Assembly (NCBI GenBank): GCA_036501005.1
Contig: DASYBA010000090.1
Coordinates: 1 to 41,193 of the forward strand
From: Candidatus Xenobia bacterium
GTDB lineage: Bacteria; Vulcanimicrobiota; Xenobia; RGZZ01; DASYBA01
DNA length: 41,193 nt
Direction: 5' to 3'
This document shows, piece by piece, positions 9,085-16,963 of the stretch (its first letter is position 1; each line of letters starts with the position of its first letter). The translations under genes and the position numbers were made by a program. Under the pieces are notes generated by a model. That model was not told where the DNA came from, did no database searches, and saw nothing but the letters and a program-made list of their open reading frames with translations.

Positions 9085-11901
9085 GTGCCGGAGAAGATCG
9101 ATACAGGATATGAGCTCGTCGTCATCAAAGGCGAGGACCGCGGCCGCAGTTTCCCGCTCATGTATCGCGAAGTGCACCTGGGCCGGAAGTCCCATCCCGA
9201 TGCCAACGACGTCGATTGGGTCCACCTCATCGATCCGACGGTTTCCCGCCACCACGCCTCCCTCATCTGGGACGATCACCGGCGACGCTATGTCCTCCAC
9301 CATCGGTCTCGCACCAACCCCACCTGCCTGAATGGGCAGGCGGTCCTGCAGGAGGAGCTGGGGCCGCATGACGTGGTCCAGCTTGGCATGTTGACCTTCA
9401 AGGTGGTCAAGCGCCAACCGCCGGGCGCTCCCCAGCAGACCATGATGCATTCCGGGCCTGTGCGCCGGGACTCCATCGTGCGCGATTCGCGGACCAAGCC
9501 CGACACCGGCTTCACCCTGGTCGTCACGGCCGGACCGGATCGGGGCCGGTCCTGGCTCCTCGACCAGACCGTCATCATCATCGGTTCCCAGCAGAACGTT
9601 GAAGGCGGCCGCACCTCCCAGATCATCCAACTGGTCGATGCGTCCCTGCCGCCCGAGCAGTGCATGTTGACGTGGTACGAGCGAGAGAAGACGTTCGGCA
9701 TCATCCAGATGGATCGATCCCCGGTGCCGACGGTGGTCTATCGACAGGGGCAACAGGGGCCGGAAGAGGCCACGCTTGACTCCATCAACCAGATCCTGTT
9801 GCAGGCCGACGATCAGATCGTCATGGGGCAGTCTGCCTTGCTCCTGCAGTCCCGCCGGTCCATGCGCGATTCGGGGGTGGGCCGGCCCATGGCGCCACCC
9901 ATCGCCACTCCACCCCTGCTCAGCCCGCAGCAGCCTGCCGTGCGCCCGGCCGCACCGGAACCCAACTACTCCATGGCGCCGCCGCGGTTGCCGGCGGCTC
10001 CGCCGCCCGGCCCAGGGGAATCTCTGGGGGGCAGCTACCCCCCCGCGGACCCCGGCCGCGTGCCGCCCCGCTATGCCCCTGGTCTGGGCACACGCCGCAC
10101 CGAGCTGGTCGACAATGCCGGGGTCGGATACCCACCGCCGGATGCCCTCAACCTCATGCCCCGCCTGTCCGGCGAATCGGCGGCCGCCGCCCGCAGCTAT
10201 CCTGACCCGTACCAGGAAGCCTACAGCGGCTTTCCGCCAGCGCCCAGCGAACACTCTGGCGGCCCGGCCGGCTACCCCGCCGCGTGGCCGGCCGCCGGCA
10301 ACCAGCCAGGCTGGGCCTCGACGCCGGTCGCGCCGCAGCCCCAGCCTCTCAACCCCGGATGGGGCCCGGGCCCGATGGTCCCGCCCCCCCAACAAGCGCC
10401 CATGTGGGCGGATCCGGGGTTGAGCCCCGAGCATGGCTTCAGCGAGGATCCGCCCGTACCGTCTGCGGTATTGCGTCAAGCGGCTGCCCCCCTGTGGCGA
10501 CGCAATAATCGGGAGCCCCTGGCGCCCGCGGTGACGCCCATCGAACGGACGCCCCGGCCGACCGCCGACCCCCTGGAGGCCCCCCGCCTGCGGGGCCGCA
10601 CCGAAGATGAACTGCCGCCGGATCGGCGGCCGCAGAAAAGCAGCTATCGGCCGCGGGTGGACGAGCCGGTCGAAGAGGAACGCCCGCCAGCCCGACGTCC
10701 GACTCGGAACGAAGTGGTCGACGCCAATCGCGTTCGCCAGGCCCAGTTTGAAGACGTGCTGGATTACCGGGAGGATGAGGCCCCGCGGCAGTCGCTGCCC
10801 TGGGGGCGCACCACCGCGGCCCGCCGCCAGGGTACGGACACCCGAGGTGGCGGGAGCGGCGGCAACTTCGAGACCTCCACCGACCGCCGTAATGTGGAAA
10901 GCAGCACCGATCGGCCGCGCTCACCCATGAAGGGCAAGGTCATGGGCGAGCCGGTCCGTCCCCCCGCTCCGCCCGCCAAGCGGGGTCTCCTCGACGAGGA
11001 TTTTGGCGCTCGAGTGGTGGACCCCGACGAAGGTCCTCCCCCCCGTCCCATGGAGTCCTGGACCCCGAACGGCGAGCGCGCTTCCGGTGTCATCAAGAAA
11101 GGCAGCAGCGGTGGACCCCGGGCGATGAACATCATCGGTCTGGGCAAGGGCGGCGGCACGACCCGCTCGCCGGTGCGTTTCCAGCCCCCCGACGACCAGG
11201 ACGAAGTCGTCGAGTCGCTGACTTCTTCGGCGGGAGGTTGGCGCTTTGCGGCCGACTTCGTGTTGGGCTTCATTGAAGGCCCGTTGCGCGGTGCCAAGGT
11301 CGAACTGTTGACCGAAGATCTGTCGGAAGGACACGAAATCACCATCGGTCGCCGCGGCAGCCGCCCCAACGATATCGAAATAAACGACGAGCGGGTGGCC
11401 AACGAACAGGCGCTGCTGCTTTTCCATCAGCACCACTTCACCCTCGTCAACCAGGCGAGCCACCGGCCCATCCAGGTGAACAAGCTGACGGTGGCGGGCG
11501 GAGAAGAGATGCTGCTCAAGCATGGCGACCACATCGCCGTGGGCAACAGCCGCCTCATCTTCCTCGAACGCTCCACGGTCGAGGCGCTGATCTACTACGA
11601 ACTGGCTATCGTGGCGGGTGTGCCGGGCGACCGCGGTCGTCGATTCGATATTCTGCGCGAGCGCACATCCATCGGTCGCAGCCCTGACCTGGACGTGGTG
11701 CCGAGCGACGAAGGGGTGTCTCGCCGCCACGCCAGTCTCATCTATCGAGAGGGAGCCTTCTTCCTCTTGCACGAGAGTGGGTCGTCGCCCACCTTCGTCA
11801 ACGGCGTGGCGCTGCCCAAGGGGCGAGAGCGCCAGCTCAACCTGGGCGACAAGATCCAGATATCGAAAGCGACCACCCTCGTCTTCCGCGAGAAAGTTTA
11901 A
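9085..11901 (+). CDS. 938-aa protein with four FHA domains (two N-terminal, two C-terminal) separated by a ~450-aa Pro-rich disordered linker
   Basis: FHA1 about 9106-9384 (GRKS..VSRHHASL..NPTCLNGQ). FHA2 about 9511-9879 (degenerate). FHA3 about 11257-11565 (IGRRGS..NDERVANEQALL..). FHA4 about 11596-11895 (IGRSPD..VSRRHASLIY..SPTFVNG). GTG start. Confidence 0.8.
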   Translation: MPEKIDTGYELVVIKGEDRGRSFPLMYREVHLGRKSHPDANDVDWVHLIDPTVSRHHASLIWDDHRRRYVLHHRSRTNPTCLNGQAVLQEELGPHDVVQLGMLTFKVVKRQPPGAPQQTMMHSGPVRRDSIVRDSRTKPDTGFTLVVTAGPDRGRSWLLDQTVIIIGSQQNVEGGRTSQIIQLVDASLPPEQCMLTWYEREKTFGIIQMDRSPVPTVVYRQGQQGPEEATLDSINQILLQADDQIVMGQSALLLQSRRSMRDSGVGRPMAPPIATPPLLSPQQPAVRPAAPEPNYSMAPPRLPAAPPPGPGESLGGSYPPADPGRVPPRYAPGLGTRRTELVDNAGVGYPPPDALNLMPRLSGESAAAARSYPDPYQEAYSGFPPAPSEHSGGPAGYPAAWPAAGNQPGWASTPVAPQPQPLNPGWGPGPMVPPPQQAPMWADPGLSPEHGFSEDPPVPSAVLRQAAAPLWRRNNREPLAPAVTPIERTPRPTADPLEAPRLRGRTEDELPPDRRPQKSSYRPRVDEPVEEERPPARRPTRNEVVDANRVRQAQFEDVLDYREDEAPRQSLPWGRTTAARRQGTDTRGGGSGGNFETSTDRRNVESSTDRPRSPMKGKVMGEPVRPPAPPAKRGLLDEDFGARVVDPDEGPPPRPMESWTPNGERASGVIKKGSSGGPRAMNIIGLGKGGGTTRSPVRFQPPDDQDEVVESLTSSAGGWRFAADFVLGFIEGPLRGAKVELLTEDLSEGHEITIGRRGSRPNDIEINDERVANEQALLLFHQHHFTLVNQASHRPIQVNKLTVAGGEEMLLKHGDHIAVGNSRLIFLERSTVEALIYYELAIVAGVPGDRGRRFDILRERTSIGRSPDLDVVPSDEGVSRRHASLIYREGAFFLLHESGSSPTFVNGVALPKGRERQLNLGDKIQISKATTLVFREKV

Positions 11902-11956
11902 CAACATTCAATATTGGGGTTGATGGATCCCTCGAGTTTGGTTGGCGTTGCACGGG

Positions 11957-11964
11957 GGTAGAAT
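11957..11964 (+). promoter_or_regulatory. candidate -10 element GGTAGAAT upstream of the small secreted-protein gene
   Basis: TAGAAT hexamer 53 nt upstream of the GTG at 12017. The identical octamer recurs at 12416-12423 at a near-identical distance from the next gene start. No convincing -35 element. Confidence 0.25.
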
Positions 11965-12016
11965 TGCGATAGACAGAGATTCTGTCGACGATGTTTCGAG
12001 GAGGACGTGGATTCTC

Positions 12017-12262
12017 GTGAAGAAGATTTTTGCTATCGGATTCGGTACACTCAGCCTGGGGCTGATGCTGTTCGCCGCCGCTCCCGCGCGAGCGGCTGAC
12101 TACCCCAACGTCAGCACCCTGCACCCTTTCACCGCGGACTGCAACTACATGTCCCGGGCTGGATACCTGCGCTATATGGTATTCGCCCAGGACGGCGTGT
12201 GGCTGTCCCGTGCCGAATCGGTTGCCATTGTGCAGAGCCAGGGTACGGCGGCGGGCGAATAA
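12017..12262 (+). CDS. small secreted protein of unknown function (81 aa)
   Basis: GTG start with GAGGAGG 12 nt upstream. Signal peptide VKKIFAIGFGTLSLGLMLFAAAPARA/AD. Followed by a strong intrinsic terminator. The longer ORF-track start (11942, TTG) lacks a signal peptide or RBS. Confidence 0.55.
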   Translation: MKKIFAIGFGTLSLGLMLFAAAPARAADYPNVSTLHPFTADCNYMSRAGYLRYMVFAQDGVWLSRAESVAIVQSQGTAAGE

Positions 12263-12283
12263 GCTCGGTTGTCACACCTGCAG

Positions 12284-12314
12284 AACCCGGTCAGAAGACC
12301 GGGTTTTTTTATTT
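12284..12314 (+). terminator. rho-independent terminator
   Basis: AACCCGGTC-AGAA-GACCGGGTT hairpin (9-bp stem) followed by TTTTTTTATTT, 22 nt after the TAA at 12262. Confidence 0.8.
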
Positions 12315-12415
12315 CCGGCGAACTACGACCCAGGTCCCACGTGGGCACAGCCTCCGACCTAGGATGTCTTCCTAAAGATACGTCCTTCGGTCATTTTCAA
12401 CCCATGAGTTCTGGC

Positions 12416-12423
12416 GGTAGAAT
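12416..12423 (+). promoter_or_regulatory. candidate -10 element GGTAGAAT upstream of the HAMP-GAF-PP2C gene
   Basis: Same octamer as 11957-11964. It lies 55 nt upstream of the ATG at 12478. TTTCAA sits 17 nt upstream as a weak -35 element. Confidence 0.25.
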
Positions 12424-12477
12424 GCACAGGAAAGCATTCATTTCGGTTTTGGAAAGGGGGGAGAAGTCACGGAGCGC

Positions 12478-14952
12478 ATGGGCGCGGTGCAGGTCAAAAC
12501 CACCATCCAGTCCGTGCAGGGGCTATTGCTGTCCCTGCGCGCCACCGGGCGAAGCGGCATGAGACCACGCCTGGCGTGGTGGCTGTGGCTCTGCCTCATG
12601 GCCGTATACTGGGGCCTGGGTCTGCCCTTCTCCCTGCGCTATCTCAACTACGACGCGGCCCAGAAGAACTGGATCTGGGCGACCTATCTGTGGGAGGTAC
12701 CCGTCCTCGGCCTCGTCTTTGCCATCTGGCCGATGTGGGTCGGGTTGGCCCCGGTGGTGTCGTTCCTCAAGACCAGCGGGGGTCGTCCGGCCGAAGCCGG
12801 ACAGATTCGTTCGCTGGCGCTAGCCCTGCCTCTGCGCCTGCCCCCGCTCGTCCTGGGGGCGAGCCTGCTGGGCTTCGGGCTCGGTTCGTTGCAGCTTCGG
12901 GCCTGGGCCGACGTACCCACGGTTGAACTGGTCAAGAATCTGTGCCTGGGTCTGCCCACCGGCCTGTTGAGCGGCTTGTTGACCTACTTCATCCTGGCCG
13001 AGGGGCTACGGCCCGTCATCCAATATTGCGATACCCTGATGTCGCTGCGATGTCCGCGGCAGGTGCCGCCGTTGACGGTTTTCGGCAAGGTCCTGGCTTG
13101 CCTGTTGGTCATCAGTATCGTATCGATTTCAGTCATGGGCCTCATGTCGTACACCAGCAGCCAGAGACTGCTCGAAGACGAGCTCCGGTCGGTCGTCCCC
13201 CAACGCCTGGCGGAGCTGGTGCGCGCCGATCAACCGACCATGGCGACGGACACCGTCCTGGGACTGCCGATGCAGTGGTGCCGTGTGTCTCCGCACCTCT
13301 TGTCGGTCGCCCTGCCGCAGGATGCGGAGTTCATTCTAGGCGATCAGGGCCTCACGGTGGTTCGCCGCACGACATCTCGCCTGGTGGCCTGGCAACGGAC
13401 CCCCGACGGACGAATGCTGGTCGCCGTTCTGCCCTTGGCGGGCGCCCTGGCATGGTCGCAGACCACGGTCCAGGAGACGGTGCTGGTGGGACTCTGCACG
13501 CTGGGGGTGGCCATGCTGCTCGCCCTCGCGGTGGCTTGGAACCTCGGCCGCCCAGTGCAGGACATGGCCGCCATGCTGGCCACTCGGGGCGAGGACGGAC
13601 TGCCGGCGCAGGTGCCCATCCACGATGGCGATGACGAGCTGGGAGAGCTGAGCCGGGCCTTGCGCATCCTGCTGGACGAGTTGAAGACGGCGCAGGTGCA
13701 ACTGGCGCAGGCCAATTTCGACCTGCGCCACAAGGTTCAGCAGCGTACTCGGGAAATGCGTGAAGCGGCTGCGCTGTTCGAAGTGTCCCGCGCCTTGACC
13801 TCGTCTTTGCAGGTCGACCGGGTGCTGAACGAAGTCGTCACCCAGGTCCGCGAGCTGACCGAGGCCGACGGCTGCTCCATGCTGTTGAAAAAGCACGACT
13901 GGCTTGAACTGCGAGCCTCGTCTGGTCTCGACGCCGAGCTCTTGCCAGCCGCCCTGAGTGCCCAGGAGCTAGGCAACTTCGATTGGTATCGGGGCAGACC
14001 GCAGGTGCTGCGCATCAACCGGCTCCCCGCCGCCCTGCGAGAAGCGCTCCAGGCGCAGGGGTTCCAGGTCATGATCGCCTGCCCGCTCTTCACCCAGCGC
14101 AGCCTGCTGGGTCTTCTGGCGGTCTACTACCGCCATCCCGACGTTGACCTGGAACGTGATTTGAATCTGCTCCTGACGGTGGGCGGGCAGGCCGCGGTGG
14201 CCATCGAGAACGCCCGCCTGTACGAAGACCAGCAGCACGTGACCAACCTCCTGCGGGGTATTCTGGCCCCCCGCGAGGCCCTCGGCATGGACGGCGTCGA
14301 GGTCGGTCATCGCTTTGTGCCGTCCATGCTGCTATCGGGCGATTACTATGACATCATCCCCCTCCGCGAGCACCGTTTTGGCGTGGTGATCGCCGACGTC
14401 GCAGGGAAAGGCCCCGACGCCGCCATCATCACGGCCCGGGCCAAACACATCATCTCAGCCTACGCGACGGCGGGCTTCTCGCCGGCTCGCACCCTTGAGC
14501 TGCTCAACCAGCAACTCGTGGGCACCGCGGAAGATCTCCACCTGGTCACGGTCTTCTACGCCGAGGTCGACCTGCTTTCCAAGCAGTTGACGTATGCGTC
14601 GGCCGGGCACGAGCCGCCGCTCTTATGGAGCCCCGACCGCCTGGAGCCCCAAGCGCTCGTCTCCGACGGCGTGCTGGCCGGGGTGACCGTCACGGGCACC
14701 TACCGCGAGCACATCCTGCCCTTTGAGGCAGGCACGTGCCTGCTTCTGTACACCGACGGGGTGACCGAAGCTCGAGACGCGGCCGGCCAGTTCTTCGGAC
14801 AGCAGGGCATGCGCCAGGTCATCGCCGAGGTGGGGAGCGAGTCGCCCCAGCAGGTGGTCAACCACATCTACGTGGCTGCCAACCGTTTTTGCCAGGGCCA
14901 CTTCACCGACGACGTCTCCCTCCTCGTGATTCGGCTCACGCCGGTGGCGTAG
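12478..14952 (+). CDS. membrane-bound PP2C-type (SpoIIE/RsbU family) Ser/Thr phosphatase with multi-TM sensor, HAMP and GAF domains
   Basis: Several N-terminal hydrophobic helices. HAMP-like segment (RPVQDMAAMLA...DELGELSRAL). Coiled coil, then GAF (LFEVSRALTSSL...AIENARLYE). SpoIIE/PP2C blocks: SGDYYDI, VIADVAGKGPDAA, LLLYTDGVTEA, DDVSLLVI. Confidence 0.85.
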   Translation: MGAVQVKTTIQSVQGLLLSLRATGRSGMRPRLAWWLWLCLMAVYWGLGLPFSLRYLNYDAAQKNWIWATYLWEVPVLGLVFAIWPMWVGLAPVVSFLKTSGGRPAEAGQIRSLALALPLRLPPLVLGASLLGFGLGSLQLRAWADVPTVELVKNLCLGLPTGLLSGLLTYFILAEGLRPVIQYCDTLMSLRCPRQVPPLTVFGKVLACLLVISIVSISVMGLMSYTSSQRLLEDELRSVVPQRLAELVRADQPTMATDTVLGLPMQWCRVSPHLLSVALPQDAEFILGDQGLTVVRRTTSRLVAWQRTPDGRMLVAVLPLAGALAWSQTTVQETVLVGLCTLGVAMLLALAVAWNLGRPVQDMAAMLATRGEDGLPAQVPIHDGDDELGELSRALRILLDELKTAQVQLAQANFDLRHKVQQRTREMREAAALFEVSRALTSSLQVDRVLNEVVTQVRELTEADGCSMLLKKHDWLELRASSGLDAELLPAALSAQELGNFDWYRGRPQVLRINRLPAALREALQAQGFQVMIACPLFTQRSLLGLLAVYYRHPDVDLERDLNLLLTVGGQAAVAIENARLYEDQQHVTNLLRGILAPREALGMDGVEVGHRFVPSMLLSGDYYDIIPLREHRFGVVIADVAGKGPDAAIITARAKHIISAYATAGFSPARTLELLNQQLVGTAEDLHLVTVFYAEVDLLSKQLTYASAGHEPPLLWSPDRLEPQALVSDGVLAGVTVTGTYREHILPFEAGTCLLLYTDGVTEARDAAGQFFGQQGMRQVIAEVGSESPQQVVNHIYVAANRFCQGHFTDDVSLLVIRLTPVA

Positions 14953-14986
14953 GACCGGAGGCCGGCAGGCCGAATAGCCGCCGACC

Positions 14987-15601
14987 ATGAAGAAAGTTCT
15001 GTCCCTTCTGTTTTTGCTGGGGGTCACCGCGCATGCCGACGTCGTGCATGTGGCCTTGACGCCCCCCGTCAACCCTCACCAGGCCAGAGTGGCGGGGCAC
15101 GTGCTGACGACGCGCCTGAAGGCCTGGTATCTCGGCGCACCGGTGCAGCCCCAGGTCGACGTGCAGGGGTCGGCTGTGAAGGTGGACATGCCCTCCAAGC
15201 CGGCGGTGCCACCGCACGCCATTCTCACGTCTCCGGGTCGGGTTTCGTATCGGATCAATCGCGGCAGCCACGACCAGCCCCGCTGGGTCGTTCTCGTCCA
15301 GCAGCCGCTGGGTACGCCATGGTTTCGCTCCGGACGCTATCTCGGCATGAACCGCATCACCTTGCAACTGAACCCGGTCGGAGCGAAAGTCCTATCGAAG
15401 GCGTCCAAGCAAGCCCTGCACCACGAGATGGGTCTCTTCGTCGACAGCACGCTGGTTGAAGCCGAACCGGTGGTGAAGGTGGTGGACACCCGGTCGCCCC
15501 TGCAGTTGACGTGCTCCCGGACCATGAAGGAGGCCGACGCCCGCGTGCTGGCCAGCCTCCTGGTCGGTGGGCCGCTCCCGGTCAAGGCCAAGGAGCAATA
15601 G
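14987..15601 (+). CDS. secreted protein resembling a free-standing SecD periplasmic P1-head domain
   Basis: Signal peptide MKKVLSLLFLLGVTAHA. The C-terminal half (ITLQLNPVGAKVLSKASKQALHHEMGLFVDSTLVEAEPVV...EADARVLASLLVGGPLPV) follows the SecD P1-head pattern. That pattern is (..ITLd..Ga..f..T...G..lAIVLDg.v.SAP.i.......EA..LA..L..GaLP). The match is recalled from memory, not searched. Confidence 0.5.
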   Translation: MKKVLSLLFLLGVTAHADVVHVALTPPVNPHQARVAGHVLTTRLKAWYLGAPVQPQVDVQGSAVKVDMPSKPAVPPHAILTSPGRVSYRINRGSHDQPRWVVLVQQPLGTPWFRSGRYLGMNRITLQLNPVGAKVLSKASKQALHHEMGLFVDSTLVEAEPVVKVVDTRSPLQLTCSRTMKEADARVLASLLVGGPLPVKAKEQ

Positions 15602-15603
15602 AT

Positions 15604-16272
15604 CTAACCCGAAGGGGTTACGTTGCTATAGACTTCTTTCCTCAAGCTCGAATAGTTACGCAAAATCTGGTGAACATAGTTTCGAGTCTCCCGATAGGGG
15701 GGTATACCGTGATAGTGCACCACTGCGCCAGGCCCAGCATTGTAGGCCGCCACGGCATTCTTCACCTGGCCGTTGAAAAAGCACAGGTTGCTTCGCACCA
15801 GTTTAATGCATCCGCCCAGGTTGTCGTCGGCATCGTAGGGATCGTCGACCTTGAGTTCGGACGCTGTTTCCGGCATGAGCTGGCCCAGGCCCTGAGCGCC
15901 GACCCGCGACGTCGCGTCGGGACGGAACGCCGATTCCTGGGCGACCAGCGAGACAATCAAGAGCGGATCCACGTGGTGCTCTTTCGATACCTGCCAGATG
16001 GTGGTCACATAGTGCTCGGCATCCGGTTGCACGACTTGCGGATTGTAATGTTGAATCCAATGCACCGTATGCGCCATCATGGGCGTGATGACGTGGTAGG
16101 GCCGACCCAGTCGAGAGGCCAGCATGTGCGGATGCGGGCGGCCTGGGGCGATACGGGCTGGCGTTCGAACCAGCGGACTCGTCTCGGATGCCACCAGACC
16201 GTTGAGTCCACTCGATAGAACCACAGCTACGGTAAAGCAGGCCGCCACGGCCGAAGAATACCAATGCTTCAT
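15604..16272 (-). CDS. lytic transglycosylase (SLT domain, GH23)
   Basis: Catalytic block LVAQESAFRPDATSRVGAQGLGQLMPETA and AAYNAGPGAV. N-terminal signal/anchor MKHWYSSAVAACFTVAVVL. Visibly lower GC than the flanking genes. Confidence 0.85.
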   Translation of the reverse strand: MKHWYSSAVAACFTVAVVLSSGLNGLVASETSPLVRTPARIAPGRPHPHMLASRLGRPYHVITPMMAHTVHWIQHYNPQVVQPDAEHYVTTIWQVSKEHHVDPLLIVSLVAQESAFRPDATSRVGAQGLGQLMPETASELKVDDPYDADDNLGGCIKLVRSNLCFFNGQVKNAVAAYNAGPGAVVHYHGIPPYRETRNYVHQILRNYSSLRKEVYSNVTPSG

Positions 16273-16398
16273 TTTTCCCCCAGCACGGAATTGTCCTCGG
16301 AAGATACGCGAAAACGAATCGATTTTCCAGCCATGAGGCCCTAAATCATACTACAGGATTAGTCCATCGGACTCGGCCGTCAATCGAGGGCGAGCGAG

Positions 16399-16413
16399 TA
16401 TTCATATTGAATA
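16399..16413. promoter_or_regulatory. perfect palindrome TATTCA-TAT-TGAATA in the AT-rich divergent intergenic region (candidate operator)
   Basis: 6-bp arms with a 3-nt spacer. It lies 35 nt upstream of the DUF1772 start and 127 nt upstream of the SLT start. Confidence 0.25.
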
Positions 16414-16447
16414 GGATTCGTAAAGATCGCCGTCGAAACGTGTCGGC

Positions 16448-16918
16448 ATGCTGATGGTCCAAGGCGTTCCCCTGCTGGCGGTGTGGGTAACCGGCACCCT
16501 GGCAGGCATATTCTGCGGCACATGGTGGGGCCAGATACTCGCCGCCCAGGACGCTCGGCCGGAGTTCTTCGTCACCGTCCATCAGAGCCAGAACGCCACC
16601 TACGGCCGCTTCGTACCGGTGCTCATGGGGCTGGCGCTGCTCTCGGTGGGCGGCTGGCTGGCCATGCTGGTCCGGTTTTTTCCAGACCCGCACCAAACAG
16701 TGCCGGTGGGCGTCGCTGAAGGGCTCCTGCTGCTGTCTGTCGTCTCCACCCTGGTCGTCAACGTGCCCGTCAACAAGATGCTGGATGCCTGGTCGCCCTC
16801 CCAGCCCCCGGACGGCTGGGCAGCGTCCCGACGCCGCTGGAACGCCGGCCACGTCGCCCGCGCCGTTTTCACCACCGTGGCCTTCCTCTGTCTCATTTTG
16901 TGCCTGTTGTCGAGGTGA
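16448..16918 (+). CDS. DUF1772 (anthrone-oxygenase-like) family membrane protein
   Basis: Four hydrophobic helices. The segment NVPVNKMLDAW...W..RRRWNAGHVARAVFTTVAFLCLI is typical of DUF1772 proteins. Confidence 0.6.
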   Translation: MLMVQGVPLLAVWVTGTLAGIFCGTWWGQILAAQDARPEFFVTVHQSQNATYGRFVPVLMGLALLSVGGWLAMLVRFFPDPHQTVPVGVAEGLLLLSVVSTLVVNVPVNKMLDAWSPSQPPDGWAASRRRWNAGHVARAVFTTVAFLCLILCLLSR

Positions 16919-16963
16919 GGCCGCAGGAACCTGCCCCTGCTCCTCCCAAACCTCCCTCTGCCC

